In this document: in pieces, positions 8,761 through 18,427 of the stretch | Layout of the letters: the number at the start of each line of letters is the position of its first letter | How positions within the stretch are numbered: position 1 is the first letter of the stretch | Assembly (NCBI GenBank): GCA_039030515.1 | Contig: JBCCEA010000022.1 | Span: 1 to 64,000, forward strand | DNA: 64,000 nt | From: Myxococcota bacterium | GTDB lineage: Bacteria; Myxococcota_A; Polyangia; Polyangiales; Houyiibacteriaceae | Direction: 5' to 3' | Made by a program: the position numbers and the translations under genes | Notes under the pieces: model-generated | What the model saw: only the letters and a program-made list of their open reading frames with translations | Databases searched by the model: none | What the model was told of the DNA's origin: nothing

Positions 8761-10519
8761 GACTCCAATCGACTAGATCCAATACGTTGCGATTGAGCAA
8801 ATCCACCTCCAAAGTGCTTAGTGGATGATGACCCAGTAAGAGTGCCTGAACGTATATCGTAGGGATAAGAAGAGAAAGCAGTCCTTCGTCATCAAGAGAT
8901 AGCAGTCGGCGCACGATCGGGTTGTTGTAATTGAAGCAAAGAGTAGGTCGTTCGTGGTGCGACGTAGACGACAGTTTGCCAAGAACACTGGACCAAAGCA
9001 TGCCGCTTATTTCCTTTGTATGATCCAGTTTGCGAGATCGTTCACTATCTCGCGTTGCGCTGTAAAAAGTTGGTAAAGATTTGGGGAGAAATTTGCGAAT
9101 GAGGACTTCGCATCCGTGCGCTAGAAGCACATGTTGCGCTTGTTCCATAAATCCAGAAGCAAATTCTTCCTCGTCAGTCTCTAACTGGTCAAAGTGAACA
9201 AGTAGAGTGGCACTCGTCGTCTGTTCGATATCCAAGCCGAGGATTTTTTGAGTTTTCATCAAAAGCTCTAGTTCGAAGGCATAGGCAGCGTTGATCACAC
9301 AAAGCTTTTGTGTTGTAGCGATCGGAGCGATCTGGCGAAAGCTATCTAGCGAGGAAGTAAAGCGAATCGACTTGTGTTTTTCGCAATACGCTCCAAGTGT
9401 CATCATTCCATCAGTGGTTTCAAAAGGAAGCCACTTAGCAAAGATGCGAAAGGCAGTATCGTCACTACTTGCAAGTGCTTTCAACGAGTGAACATGAACC
9501 CGAAGAAGTCGACGAAGACGGTCGGGGTCTTTATCGGCAAGCGCGAGGAGCCAGTCTCGTAGGGTTTCGCCAAGACCACCGCGGATTTTTTCGAGTTCTG
9601 TGTCCTCGTAAAAAGCCTCTCTAGAGGCAGTAGGTCGCAATCGCTGAGTATTGATAACGCAGCGTACAAAAAAGGCCCAGGGAGGCAGCAGATTTTCTAG
9701 ACTTTCGGCGACCAGCATCCCGCGTAAGTAAACGCGATGTGCGGTTCGTGCAGCCGGACTCTGTGCTTGCGGTAACACAAAAGCCACTCCTTCGAAACCG
9801 AGTTCCTCAGAGTGAATCGGAATGCAATCGAGAAAATCTGTGCCAAAAAGGCGCTTGCCAAACTGCAATTGCGCCTTCTTGTCCGAATGATGCCAGGGTC
9901 GGCGACAACCGTTGAAACGAGTGTCGGGCAAAATCACGTTATCGATCGGTAGCAGTTCTCCAAAATGCTGGTTGAGCCGTTGAACCTCTTCGCGTCGAAA
10001 AAAACGTTCAAAACCCGATCGGCAGATCAACTCTATTTCTGTGCCAGGTTCTGTATTGTCGTCTAGGCCGTCTTCAGCTTTGATGTCGTATGTTCCATCG
10101 TGTCTACCGAGCCAGACAACCGGGGCTCCTCCATGCGCCGATCGGCTTCGCACACGGATCGTCTCGCTTACCAAAAAACAGCTCAACAGGCCGATTCCAA
10201 ACTGACCTAGAAATTCGTCTCTTCGCGCTTCAATCGAGTCGGTTTTCCCGCTGCGCCCAAGGGTTGCGACGAACTCGTGGATTTCTTGCTCGGTGAGTCC
10301 GACTCCATTGTCTCGGATTCGTATTCGTGGTGGATCTTCGGACTCCAAAACCTGCCATTCGATCCGTCCGCGGAGTTCAGGATCGATTTGCTGCCGCTGT
10401 GAAATCGCGTCGACTGAATTTTGCAGCAGTTCACGGATAAAGACCTGTGGGCTGCTGTAGAGATGGTTTGAGAGCAGGTCGAGAATCCCCCGCAGGTCGA
10501 CCTGAAAGCGATATCCCAT
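8732..10519 (-). CDS. HSP90-family (HtpG-like, divergent) GHKL ATPase
   Basis: FQVDL..LYSSPQVFIRELLQNSVDA, DNGVG and GQFGIGLLSCF motifs. Likely ATG start at 10519. Confidence 0.88.
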   Translation of the reverse strand: MGYRFQVDLRGILDLLSNHLYSSPQVFIRELLQNSVDAISQRQQIDPELRGRIEWQVLESEDPPRIRIRDNGVGLTEQEIHEFVATLGRSGKTDSIEARRDEFLGQFGIGLLSCFLVSETIRVRSRSAHGGAPVVWLGRHDGTYDIKAEDGLDDNTEPGTEIELICRSGFERFFRREEVQRLNQHFGELLPIDNVILPDTRFNGCRRPWHHSDKKAQLQFGKRLFGTDFLDCIPIHSEELGFEGVAFVLPQAQSPAARTAHRVYLRGMLVAESLENLLPPWAFFVRCVINTQRLRPTASREAFYEDTELEKIRGGLGETLRDWLLALADKDPDRLRRLLRVHVHSLKALASSDDTAFRIFAKWLPFETTDGMMTLGAYCEKHKSIRFTSSLDSFRQIAPIATTQKLCVINAAYAFELELLMKTQKILGLDIEQTTSATLLVHFDQLETDEEEFASGFMEQAQHVLLAHGCEVLIRKFLPKSLPTFYSATRDSERSRKLDHTKEISGMLWSSVLGKLSSTSHHERPTLCFNYNNPIVRRLLSLDDEGLLSLLIPTIYVQALLLGHHPLSTLEVDLLNRNVLDLVDWSLESRNRWLQ

Positions 10520-10715
10520 CTCAGTACTGTCGATCACATGGCGAAAAAAGTCGAACAAAGCTCGTTGGCACTTCGGCTCATCTGCAGCGAAACATCCGAG
10601 CTTAGGCGGTTACAGGTTCAGCGCACAACACCCTAGGCCAGACCCTAGACCGGCAGCTAAACCACACCACTGCCTTGCACGCGTGGTTCCTTTCGAATCG
10701 CTGTTCAGTGACGTT

Positions 10716-11603
10716 TTAGAATCGCGCGCAGTTGGGTATCGCGACGATATGGTGTGCATCAAGAGGGCCGCGCACCATCAGCTGCGTATCTGAGTTTGCG
10801 TGCTTCTCGTCTGCGTTGATCCCGAGTTGCTCAGGTGAAAATCCGAACTCAACCTGCTGGCGTTCATGGCTGAAGGCACTGAGCAGTTCATCAAATCTTG
10901 GCATCACTCGGGCAACGATGTCGTCGATTCTCAACTTGGCCCCCTGTTGCGTTGCGACTACCACGCAGTCCAATTCAGGAAAAACTCGCAATTGAGAAAA
11001 GCCGCTTCCAATGCTGTGGAGCATGAACATCGCTCGGTGATCGAAGAATCCAAATCTCTTCGAGGACGGAGTACGTTCTGCCAGAAGTTTGAGCAGCCAG
11101 TCCTCGTCTCCTGAGCGGAACATCCTCGAGGATGCCCGCCGCTGCTTTGTCCCCAACGTTTTATGAAAGATCGAGACATGGTGCGTTCGAAACCCAAAGG
11201 GCTCGTACAGGCGGGGCGAATCTGTGAAGAGAAATAAGTTTTGATATCTCGCGTCGCACCACCGTAGTGCAGCCTCCATCAGTCGCCGAAAGAGGCCTCG
11301 GTTTCTCCACCTTGGATGGGTGGCTACGCTTTGAATCGCCGCGGCACGGTGTGATTCCCCGTCGATACAGAGGTGCATGGGCAGCACGGTCACGTTTGCT
11401 ACGCATCTTGAATCGTTCAGGAATACGAAATTCCGGCTCTCTGCGCTCCAGTATCCGAGGCGATAGTAGGTCGCCAAATCCACATAGAAGACATCGTAAA
11501 TGAGCTGGATCAGCTGGGGCATCCGCACCCGATCGTTGGCCAGGCATTCGTAGAATTTTAGTTCAGACGCCAACTGAAACCCGACCTTGGACGCGCTCAC
11601 CAC
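10716..11603 (-). CDS. GNAT family N-acetyltransferase
   Basis: VATHPRWRNRGLFRRLM acetyl-CoA motif A and LYEPFGF motif B. Confidence 0.85.
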   Translation of the reverse strand: MVSASKVGFQLASELKFYECLANDRVRMPQLIQLIYDVFYVDLATYYRLGYWSAESRNFVFLNDSRCVANVTVLPMHLCIDGESHRAAAIQSVATHPRWRNRGLFRRLMEAALRWCDARYQNLFLFTDSPRLYEPFGFRTHHVSIFHKTLGTKQRRASSRMFRSGDEDWLLKLLAERTPSSKRFGFFDHRAMFMLHSIGSGFSQLRVFPELDCVVVATQQGAKLRIDDIVARVMPRFDELLSAFSHERQQVEFGFSPEQLGINADEKHANSDTQLMVRGPLDAHHIVAIPNCARF

Positions 11604-11747
11604 ACAGCCTGCAAGCGTCGCGTCGCTCAGAACCTAAGTCATCTTATCGGTGGGAGCCTGGGATTGTTTCGAAAACACCGAGGTGCCGCCCGGCGAGCCG
11701 AAAAAAGCCTCGAGCTTCTCGCTTCCGCGGCGTAAACCTCACCGCTC

Positions 11748-12491
11748 ATGGATGCGACTAAGTCTAGCCGTGGAGTATATGAAATGACTGATGTCAGCAG
11801 CGATGTGTATCGGCAGTCGCTCGTCGAGCTCTCCTGCCGCTTTCGAAGATCGTGGGTGGATATGGCGAGGGCGCTGGTCGAGCTGAAGCAAACGCGTACC
11901 TACGAATCCTGGGGCTACAGCGACCTTTACGCGTACTGCAATAAGGAACTCTTCATTCGCAAGCCGACGGTCGATAAGCTGGTGGGTTCCTTCGAAACGC
12001 TCGAACAGTATGCGCCTTCCCTTCTCACCAGGGACGAGCCAGAGCAGCCCATTCCCAGCTATGATGCGGTCGACTACTTCGCACGAGCGCTATCCGAACA
12101 GCAGGACGGGGACCTATCGGTTGCCAGCGACCGGATCGACGACTTTCGAGAGGCTGTGTTTGAGCAGGCAAAGCCGATTTCAAGTCTTCGTCGAGAATTC
12201 GGTGCCGTATTTTTTGGTAAGTCGGAGCAGCAAGAAGCGCTGGAACGTCTTGAGCGCACGCATGTCTCTATTCGGCGTCTTTGCGGTCTTCTGACCAAGT
12301 GTGCGGGTGTGTCCAGTGACCGTCTTGAGCGGGCCACACTGGCGCTCGAAGAACTGCAGAGTGAGGTGCAAGGCCTCATAGAAGAGACGCGAACCAAGGT
12401 GGAGCAAGAACAGGCAGAGCTCGAAGAAGCACCTGAGGTGCACCAAGACACGTCGATGTCGTACTCCGCGGCGCACGAGCAGCTGAGCTAG
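11748..12491 (+). CDS. Hypothetical helical/coiled-coil protein
   Basis: Long ORF with YESWGY..LYAYC..EL motif; 7 bp upstream of the helicase. Confidence 0.6.
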   Translation: MDATKSSRGVYEMTDVSSDVYRQSLVELSCRFRRSWVDMARALVELKQTRTYESWGYSDLYAYCNKELFIRKPTVDKLVGSFETLEQYAPSLLTRDEPEQPIPSYDAVDYFARALSEQQDGDLSVASDRIDDFREAVFEQAKPISSLRREFGAVFFGKSEQQEALERLERTHVSIRRLCGLLTKCAGVSSDRLERATLALEELQSEVQGLIEETRTKVEQEQAELEEAPEVHQDTSMSYSAAHEQLS

Positions 12492-12498
12492 TCGGACC

Positions 12499-14997
12499 AT
12501 GAATGCCAAGGCCCCGCTGGAAGCGAAATTGCCGCCTTTGGGCCAGGCGGATCCCGACACCCTGCTCGCGTCGATACTCGAATGGGTAGAAGAAAGCGGG
12601 CTGTCGCTCTATGCGGCGCAAGAAGAGGCCATCCTCGAACTCTTTGCCGGTGCCAGTGTCGTATTGAACACCCCAACCGGTTCCGGAAAATCGCTTGTAG
12701 CGACCGCGCTATGCTTCAAGGCACTCGCTGAGAATCAATGTTGTTTCTACACCGCTCCGATCAAAGCGCTCGTCAGTGAGAAGTTTTTCGACCTGTGTAA
12801 GCTCTTCGGACCGCGTCACGTAGGCATGATGACCGGAGACGCCTCGATCAATCAGGATGCGCCCATCGTATGTTGCACGGCAGAAGTGCTTTCTAACTAC
12901 GCCTTAAGAGAAGGAGAACAAGCAGACGTCCAGTACGTTGTCATGGATGAGTTTCACTATTACGGCGATCGGGATAGGGGCATCGCATGGCAGATTCCGC
13001 TTTTGACTCTGCCTCAATCTCGATTCCTATTGATGAGCGCAACGCTGGGCTCAACCACGTATTTCCAGCAAAAGGTAGAGGCGCTGACAGGAATGCCTTG
13101 CGTGCTTGTCAAGACCGAAGAGCGTCCAGTGCCTCTCGACTATAGCTACTCAGAAAAGCCGATTCACGAAACCATTGCGGAGCTTCTCAGTGCGGAGAAG
13201 TTCCCACTGTATATCGTGCATTTCACTCAGCGTTCCGCTGCAGAACAGGCGCAAAATCTGATGAGCCTCGATTTCCTGAGTAAAGAGAAGAAAACGGCGA
13301 TCCGTGCTGAGCTCGTCGGGTTTCGTTTCGATACCGCTTTTGGAAGCGAACTAAAGAGGTATCTGCATCACGGAATCGGCGTACATCACGCGGGAATGCT
13401 TCCCAAGTACCGCCGAATCGTCGAGCAGTTGGCCCAGCGGGGGCATTTGCAGATGATCTGCGGCACCGATACTTTAGGTGTCGGGGTCAACATCCCGATT
13501 CGAACGGTTCTCCTGACCAAGCTCTGTAAGTACGACGGTGCACATACAAAGATTTTATCGGTTCGAGACTTCAAGCAGATCGCAGGGCGCGCCGGCCGCA
13601 GAGGCTACGACACGCAAGGTAGTGTTGTCGTGCAGGCACCGGAGCACGTGATCGAAAATCGTATCCAGCGTCAGAAGGCAGAGGGCGACCCCAAAAAACT
13701 GCGGAAACTGCGACCCAAAAAACCTCCCGAAAAGGGTTATGCTCCGTGGGACGAAGGCACTTTGACGCGTCTTTTAGAATCTGAGCCAGAGCGCCTCTCT
13801 TCATGTTTTTACGTCAGCCATAGTTTGATCCTCAATGTGCTCTCTCGGCCTGACGGGTGTCGCGCGCTCAAAGCGCTTTTACGCAGCAGCCATGAGTCTC
13901 CCAAACAACAACGCCAGCACGGTCGCACGGCGCTGGCCATGTTTCGTTCTCTGGTCGAAGCAGGCGTGGTTTCACTCGAAGAAAAAGACGTCTCACTAGG
14001 GGCAGGATTTCAAGACGACTTCTCACTGAACCAGGCCTTATCTCTTTACGTGGTAGAAACGGTGAGGCTCCTCGATGAAGCCTTATCGGACTATCCTCTG
14101 CGAGTGATGACGCTGGTCGAGTCTATTCTTGAAACGCCCGGTATCGTCATCGCCAAGCAGCTGGACAAACTAAAAGCGCAGGCCATCTCTGAAATGAAAG
14201 CAGAGGGAGTCGAATACGATGAGCGTATCGCGCGACTAGAGAAGATCGAGCATGTCAAACCGGATGCAGAGTTCATTTACGATAGCTTCAATGCATTCCG
14301 AGCCCGGAATCCCTGGGTGGGTCAAAATATCCGACCGAAATCGATCGCGCGTGAGATGTTTGAAGAAGGCATGACCTTTCGAGAGTACGTCAAAGAGTAT
14401 GGACTCGCGCGTTCGGAGGGAGTTTTGCTGCGCTACCTATCTGATGTGTATAAAACCCTGCAACAAAGTGTGCCGGAGGATGCAAAGACGCAAGAAACGC
14501 GCGATATGATCGATTGGCTCTCAGCGATCGTAAAACAGATTGATTCGAGTTTGATCGACGAATGGGAGCAGCTCATCCATCCTAAAGAACCCGTCAAGCG
14601 AGCTGCTAATGAACTTTCTGATCAAGAAGACATCGTCGAGACCAAGGGCTTTGTCGTATTGATTCGCAACGATTGCTTTCGTTTCGTGAAACTCCTCGCC
14701 CGTTCCGACTATGAGGGAGCGATCGAGTTGCTCTCTGGACTGCCGCGCTGGACGACGGAAGGTTTGGCGGAGGCGCTCGCTCCGTACCACCAGGAACACG
14801 CGACCATCCGAACGGATCCCAAGGCGCGCGCTCCAAAATGCACTCAGATCGACAAGGCCGACGTGGAGTGGGTTGTTCGCCAAGTCCTACTCGACGATGA
14901 AGACTTTGGAGAATGGCATCTTGAGTTTCGAGTCGATCTTGAAGCGTCGCGTGCGCAGGGACGTCCCGCTTTACGTCTGACGGGTGTTTTTTCGTAG
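12499..14997 (+). CDS. Ski2/HelY-like DEAD/DEAH-box helicase (DUF3516-type C-terminus)
   Basis: PTGSGKS, APIKAL, DEFH, SAT and QIAGRAGRRG helicase motifs. Confidence 0.9.
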   Translation: MNAKAPLEAKLPPLGQADPDTLLASILEWVEESGLSLYAAQEEAILELFAGASVVLNTPTGSGKSLVATALCFKALAENQCCFYTAPIKALVSEKFFDLCKLFGPRHVGMMTGDASINQDAPIVCCTAEVLSNYALREGEQADVQYVVMDEFHYYGDRDRGIAWQIPLLTLPQSRFLLMSATLGSTTYFQQKVEALTGMPCVLVKTEERPVPLDYSYSEKPIHETIAELLSAEKFPLYIVHFTQRSAAEQAQNLMSLDFLSKEKKTAIRAELVGFRFDTAFGSELKRYLHHGIGVHHAGMLPKYRRIVEQLAQRGHLQMICGTDTLGVGVNIPIRTVLLTKLCKYDGAHTKILSVRDFKQIAGRAGRRGYDTQGSVVVQAPEHVIENRIQRQKAEGDPKKLRKLRPKKPPEKGYAPWDEGTLTRLLESEPERLSSCFYVSHSLILNVLSRPDGCRALKALLRSSHESPKQQRQHGRTALAMFRSLVEAGVVSLEEKDVSLGAGFQDDFSLNQALSLYVVETVRLLDEALSDYPLRVMTLVESILETPGIVIAKQLDKLKAQAISEMKAEGVEYDERIARLEKIEHVKPDAEFIYDSFNAFRARNPWVGQNIRPKSIAREMFEEGMTFREYVKEYGLARSEGVLLRYLSDVYKTLQQSVPEDAKTQETRDMIDWLSAIVKQIDSSLIDEWEQLIHPKEPVKRAANELSDQEDIVETKGFVVLIRNDCFRFVKLLARSDYEGAIELLSGLPRWTTEGLAEALAPYHQEHATIRTDPKARAPKCTQIDKADVEWVVRQVLLDDEDFGEWHLEFRVDLEASRAQGRPALRLTGVFS

Positions 14998-15100
14998 CCA
15001 TCTCCAGAGCACGAACGACGGGCAAGGGAGCCGCCGCTCGATGGCGTTGCCTCAAGCGCAGCGCCTACCCGCCACCGCTAGCCACAACAGGGCCTTGCCG

Positions 15101-16408
15101 TCATGAGGGGGGGAGTATCGTGTAAAGGCAACGCCCATCGGGCCGCCAATACTTGATGGTACCATTCTCCGAGCCGGAGACGATGAGGGGGCCGTCTTTG
15201 CAATGGCAAACCGCCACGGCATGGACTCGCTCTCGATGCCCCGCAAGAGTGTGAATGCGCCTGCCTGATTGGAGGTCCAAGACCTGGATGGTGCCGTCGG
15301 TTGAGCCGGAGACGATGTGGAGGGTTCTGGTTCGGGGGTCCTGAAAGACCGCCAAGGAAGTGACTTGAGCTAGGTGCACCGTACGGGTTTTACGGCACGT
15401 GGCTGATTGGAGGTTCCAGACCCAGATGGTCCCGTCCGCCGAGCCGGAGACGAAGCTTGGAGCTCCACTAAGGGGGTCCTGAAAGGCCGCCAAGGAAGTG
15501 ACAGTGACGGCCGGACCGCCATCCCCGACGCTGAGAAGGAGCCTCCCTGTGTTGGGGTTGGGGTTGGGGGCCCAGACCCTGATGGCACCACTCATCGATC
15601 CGGAGACGACGCGTGGTTCTCCGCTAACGTCCTCCTCCAAAACCGCCAAGCAAGTGACCGGAAAGTCGGGCTCGTTACAGATGTCAAAGCATCCGCCGGT
15701 CTGTGGGTTGGGGTTCCAGACCCTGATGGCACCACTCATCGATCTGGAGACGACGCATGGTTTTCCGTTAACGCTGTTTCGAAAGACCGCCAAGGAAGTG
15801 ATCTGGCCCCATCTGCACTTGTGCCGAGCGATATGGCCGAAATCATGCCTACTCCGATCGCGGAGCATCTCCCAACTCCCAAGGCACGTGGCTGAGTCGG
15901 GGTCCCAGACCTTGACGGTGCCGTCGTCCGAGCCGGAGACGACGCGTGTTTTTTCGCTAACGCTCTGCCCCAAAACCGCCAAGCAAGTGATCTTACGCCT
16001 GGACGCTTCCCAACTCCTAAGGCACGTACCTGTTTCGCAGTCCCAGACCTTGATGAAGCCGTCGTCCGAGCCGGAGACGACGCGTGGTTCTCCGTTAGCG
16101 CCGTCCTGAAAAACCACCAAGGAAGTGACCTTACCGCGGTGCCCCTCGCGGCTGGGTTTGCGCAACCAAATCGGTGGTTTCGGTTCGGACAGAGCTTCCT
16201 CGACGAATCGATGCGGGGCCCGGCCGGCAGTTTTGAGCGCTAGCATATCAGCAAGCATTGGGAACCCTTGCTGAACCATGTGTGTACCCACGCCTTTGGG
16301 AAGAAGCCCAAAGGGAGACTCAGAATTCTCGTTTTTGGCTTCGCTAGCGGAGGGTGGTGGCGGATTCTTTGGCGGTGTTCCTTGAGTCATCGCCTCAATA
16401 GTTAGCAA
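15101..16408 (-). CDS. WD40-repeat beta-propeller protein with Pro-rich N-terminus
   Basis: About 7 repeats of VTSLAV..VVSGSxDGTIKVWD; the repeats are also visible at DNA level (gagccggagacga). Confidence 0.88.
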   Translation of the reverse strand: MLTIEAMTQGTPPKNPPPPSASEAKNENSESPFGLLPKGVGTHMVQQGFPMLADMLALKTAGRAPHRFVEEALSEPKPPIWLRKPSREGHRGKVTSLVVFQDGANGEPRVVSGSDDGFIKVWDCETGTCLRSWEASRRKITCLAVLGQSVSEKTRVVSGSDDGTVKVWDPDSATCLGSWEMLRDRSRHDFGHIARHKCRWGQITSLAVFRNSVNGKPCVVSRSMSGAIRVWNPNPQTGGCFDICNEPDFPVTCLAVLEEDVSGEPRVVSGSMSGAIRVWAPNPNPNTGRLLLSVGDGGPAVTVTSLAAFQDPLSGAPSFVSGSADGTIWVWNLQSATCRKTRTVHLAQVTSLAVFQDPRTRTLHIVSGSTDGTIQVLDLQSGRRIHTLAGHRERVHAVAVCHCKDGPLIVSGSENGTIKYWRPDGRCLYTILPPS

Positions 16409-16420
16409 GTTGTGTGCCCC

Positions 16421-16468
16421 GACGCGGCCAACCCCTGCGCTGCGGGATGGCTGCGGGATGGCCGCGTC
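16421..16468. other. Inverted repeat/hairpin upstream of the WD40 gene
   Basis: gacgcggcca (16421) pairs with tggccgcgtc (16459); internal tandem gctgcgggatg x2. Confidence 0.4.
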
Positions 16469-16681
16469 AGGGCTCGCAGTCGGCCTCTCAAACGCCCGGT
16501 CTTCAAAAAAAACGCCTCCGAAATCAGAGGGCCGAGGGACGAATCACCTCAACAATGAGTCCCACTCTCCATTCGCGGCCGAGGACGCATCCTCCTTTGT
16601 GCGGCTTGCGGGAAGCGCAAAGACAAAGAGCTGGTCCTAGCGAACGAACATGAGCCGAATCGGTAGCTGAAAAGGAGCGAA

Positions 16682-18361
16682 CTACTTCTCCCAGGGGATC
16701 GGATACGTATAGCTGGTGTAGGGTCGCTCGGCTTTGTTTTGGAGTTCGAGGCGCGCGATCATCAACGCGGGAGACACGGTACTTACCGGGAGAAAGCCGG
16801 ATTCCGCTCCGCAAAGTGAGTTGTCGACCTCTCGCCTCTGTCCCACCGCGGTGATCTCTCGAACCGCATTTAGTGGGGTGCCTACAAAATCAACACCACG
16901 GATCATCTCTTCTCTGCCGTCGGGGAAAATGCGTGAGGCGACTCGGATGTCGCCTAGGAACGCCTGAAAATCGTAGCGGCCGGTGGTGGTCTCGCCTCCG
17001 GTCGCATCGAGGACCCGGATGCCGTAAGGGGCGCCCTGCCTCCGGATCTCTTCGACGAATGCCTCCCGGAGCGCTTCGTCCGTCAGGCCCTGGGTGCTTT
17101 CCACGAAGGTGTTGCCCATACGGCTGATCGGCCGTTCGTGATAGCTGTTTCGCGCATGACCGTTGCTCTGTTGTTTTCGAGCGATGGGACTTCGGGTTGT
17201 CAAAAAACCCTTGAGCGTACCGTCTTGGATCAAATTGGCCCGCTTCGATGAGACCCCTTCGTCGTCAAAGAGGTAGTGCCCGACCAGACTTTGCCCCTCA
17301 AACTCCGCAATGCTCGGATCGTCATGTACCGATAGAAATCCCGGCAGGACTTCTTCTCCGAGTAAATCCCGAAACGTGTGTCCTTCGCCATGAGAGCGAA
17401 GTCGGCTTCCCTCGAGTCGATGTCCGAGTGCCTCGTGCATCAGCAGGCCAGCGGGTTTGGGGTCTAGCAGCACGGGTCCCGAGAATGAGCTGAGCTCCGG
17501 AGCTGCCGCCAGCTTTTGCCCTGTGCTGTTGAGCTCGCGCAGCGCTCGATGGATCGAAGAAGAGGAGGGCAATTCTTCCTGCCGGGTCACAAACCACTCT
17601 TTGCCGAGTCGGAATGCATGCCCCTTTTCCGACAAGAATAGGATGGAAATCTGCAGCTCGTAGTAAGGCAGGCACTGCACCCCGACCGTGCCCTCGGTGC
17701 TCGCAAAGAGTCGCACGTCGTGCCGTGCCTCGAAACTGACGGAACCGTTGGTGATCGACGGGTATTTCTTGAATGTATCGGAGCACTTCATCACGAAGTT
17801 GCAGTAGTACTCCATGTCTACGTCGGGCAGTTTTCTCCATGAGTTGTGGTTCTCGGCCGCTCGTTTTTCAAAAGCGGGCAGATGCGCGTTTTCGTCGATG
17901 AAGGTCATCGTCTCCGATTGCTTGCGGAGCATGTCGTATACCGCCTCGCGATACCGAGCCTCGGTGAGACGCCATAAGGCATGTCGTAGCCCGTCCATCG
18001 ATCCTTCGACCGGCATGGGTACATAGCCGTAGGATTCATCTTTATTGCTGTTGTCGATCAGACCACCGTCGCCAACCTGGTCGTCTCGATAGTTTCCGAC
18101 CCGGATGTCGGCGTAGCAGTTTCGGCTCCGGGTATGTTGGCTGGTGAGGAGCGCGCCGTACTTTGCGGAACATGCCCAGAACTCCTCCTCGCGAAGCAAA
18201 TACGAGAGAAAATAGGGCTTTGGCCGTCTCGGCACCCGAATCGATGCCTTAGCTCGAGTGAGCTCAGCCTGCATCACTTCGATCAGCCGAAGCGCGGTGG
18301 TTCGTTTCACGACGTACTCCTTAGCAAGCTGTGAACTTACCGCCTTTTGGCCGCTTCGCAC
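16682..18361 (-). CDS. TldD/PmbA family metalloprotease
   Basis: HEALGHRLEG, DDEGV, SNGHAR and CGAESG motifs. Confidence 0.88.
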   Translation of the reverse strand: MRSGQKAVSSQLAKEYVVKRTTALRLIEVMQAELTRAKASIRVPRRPKPYFLSYLLREEEFWACSAKYGALLTSQHTRSRNCYADIRVGNYRDDQVGDGGLIDNSNKDESYGYVPMPVEGSMDGLRHALWRLTEARYREAVYDMLRKQSETMTFIDENAHLPAFEKRAAENHNSWRKLPDVDMEYYCNFVMKCSDTFKKYPSITNGSVSFEARHDVRLFASTEGTVGVQCLPYYELQISILFLSEKGHAFRLGKEWFVTRQEELPSSSSIHRALRELNSTGQKLAAAPELSSFSGPVLLDPKPAGLLMHEALGHRLEGSRLRSHGEGHTFRDLLGEEVLPGFLSVHDDPSIAEFEGQSLVGHYLFDDEGVSSKRANLIQDGTLKGFLTTRSPIARKQQSNGHARNSYHERPISRMGNTFVESTQGLTDEALREAFVEEIRRQGAPYGIRVLDATGGETTTGRYDFQAFLGDIRVASRIFPDGREEMIRGVDFVGTPLNAVREITAVGQRREVDNSLCGAESGFLPVSTVSPALMIARLELQNKAERPYTSYTYPIPWEK

Positions 18362-18427
18362 GCGGTGTGATGCGCCAATCCGTTTTGGTGCGCTGCTGTA
18401 GGTTTCCTCGTCTACGGCCGGCTTACT

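Noticed and set aside
10566..10592. CIRCE element upstream of the HSP90-like gene
   Set aside because: Only a partial half-site (ttggcactt) is present, with no matching inverted arm at the 9-bp spacing.
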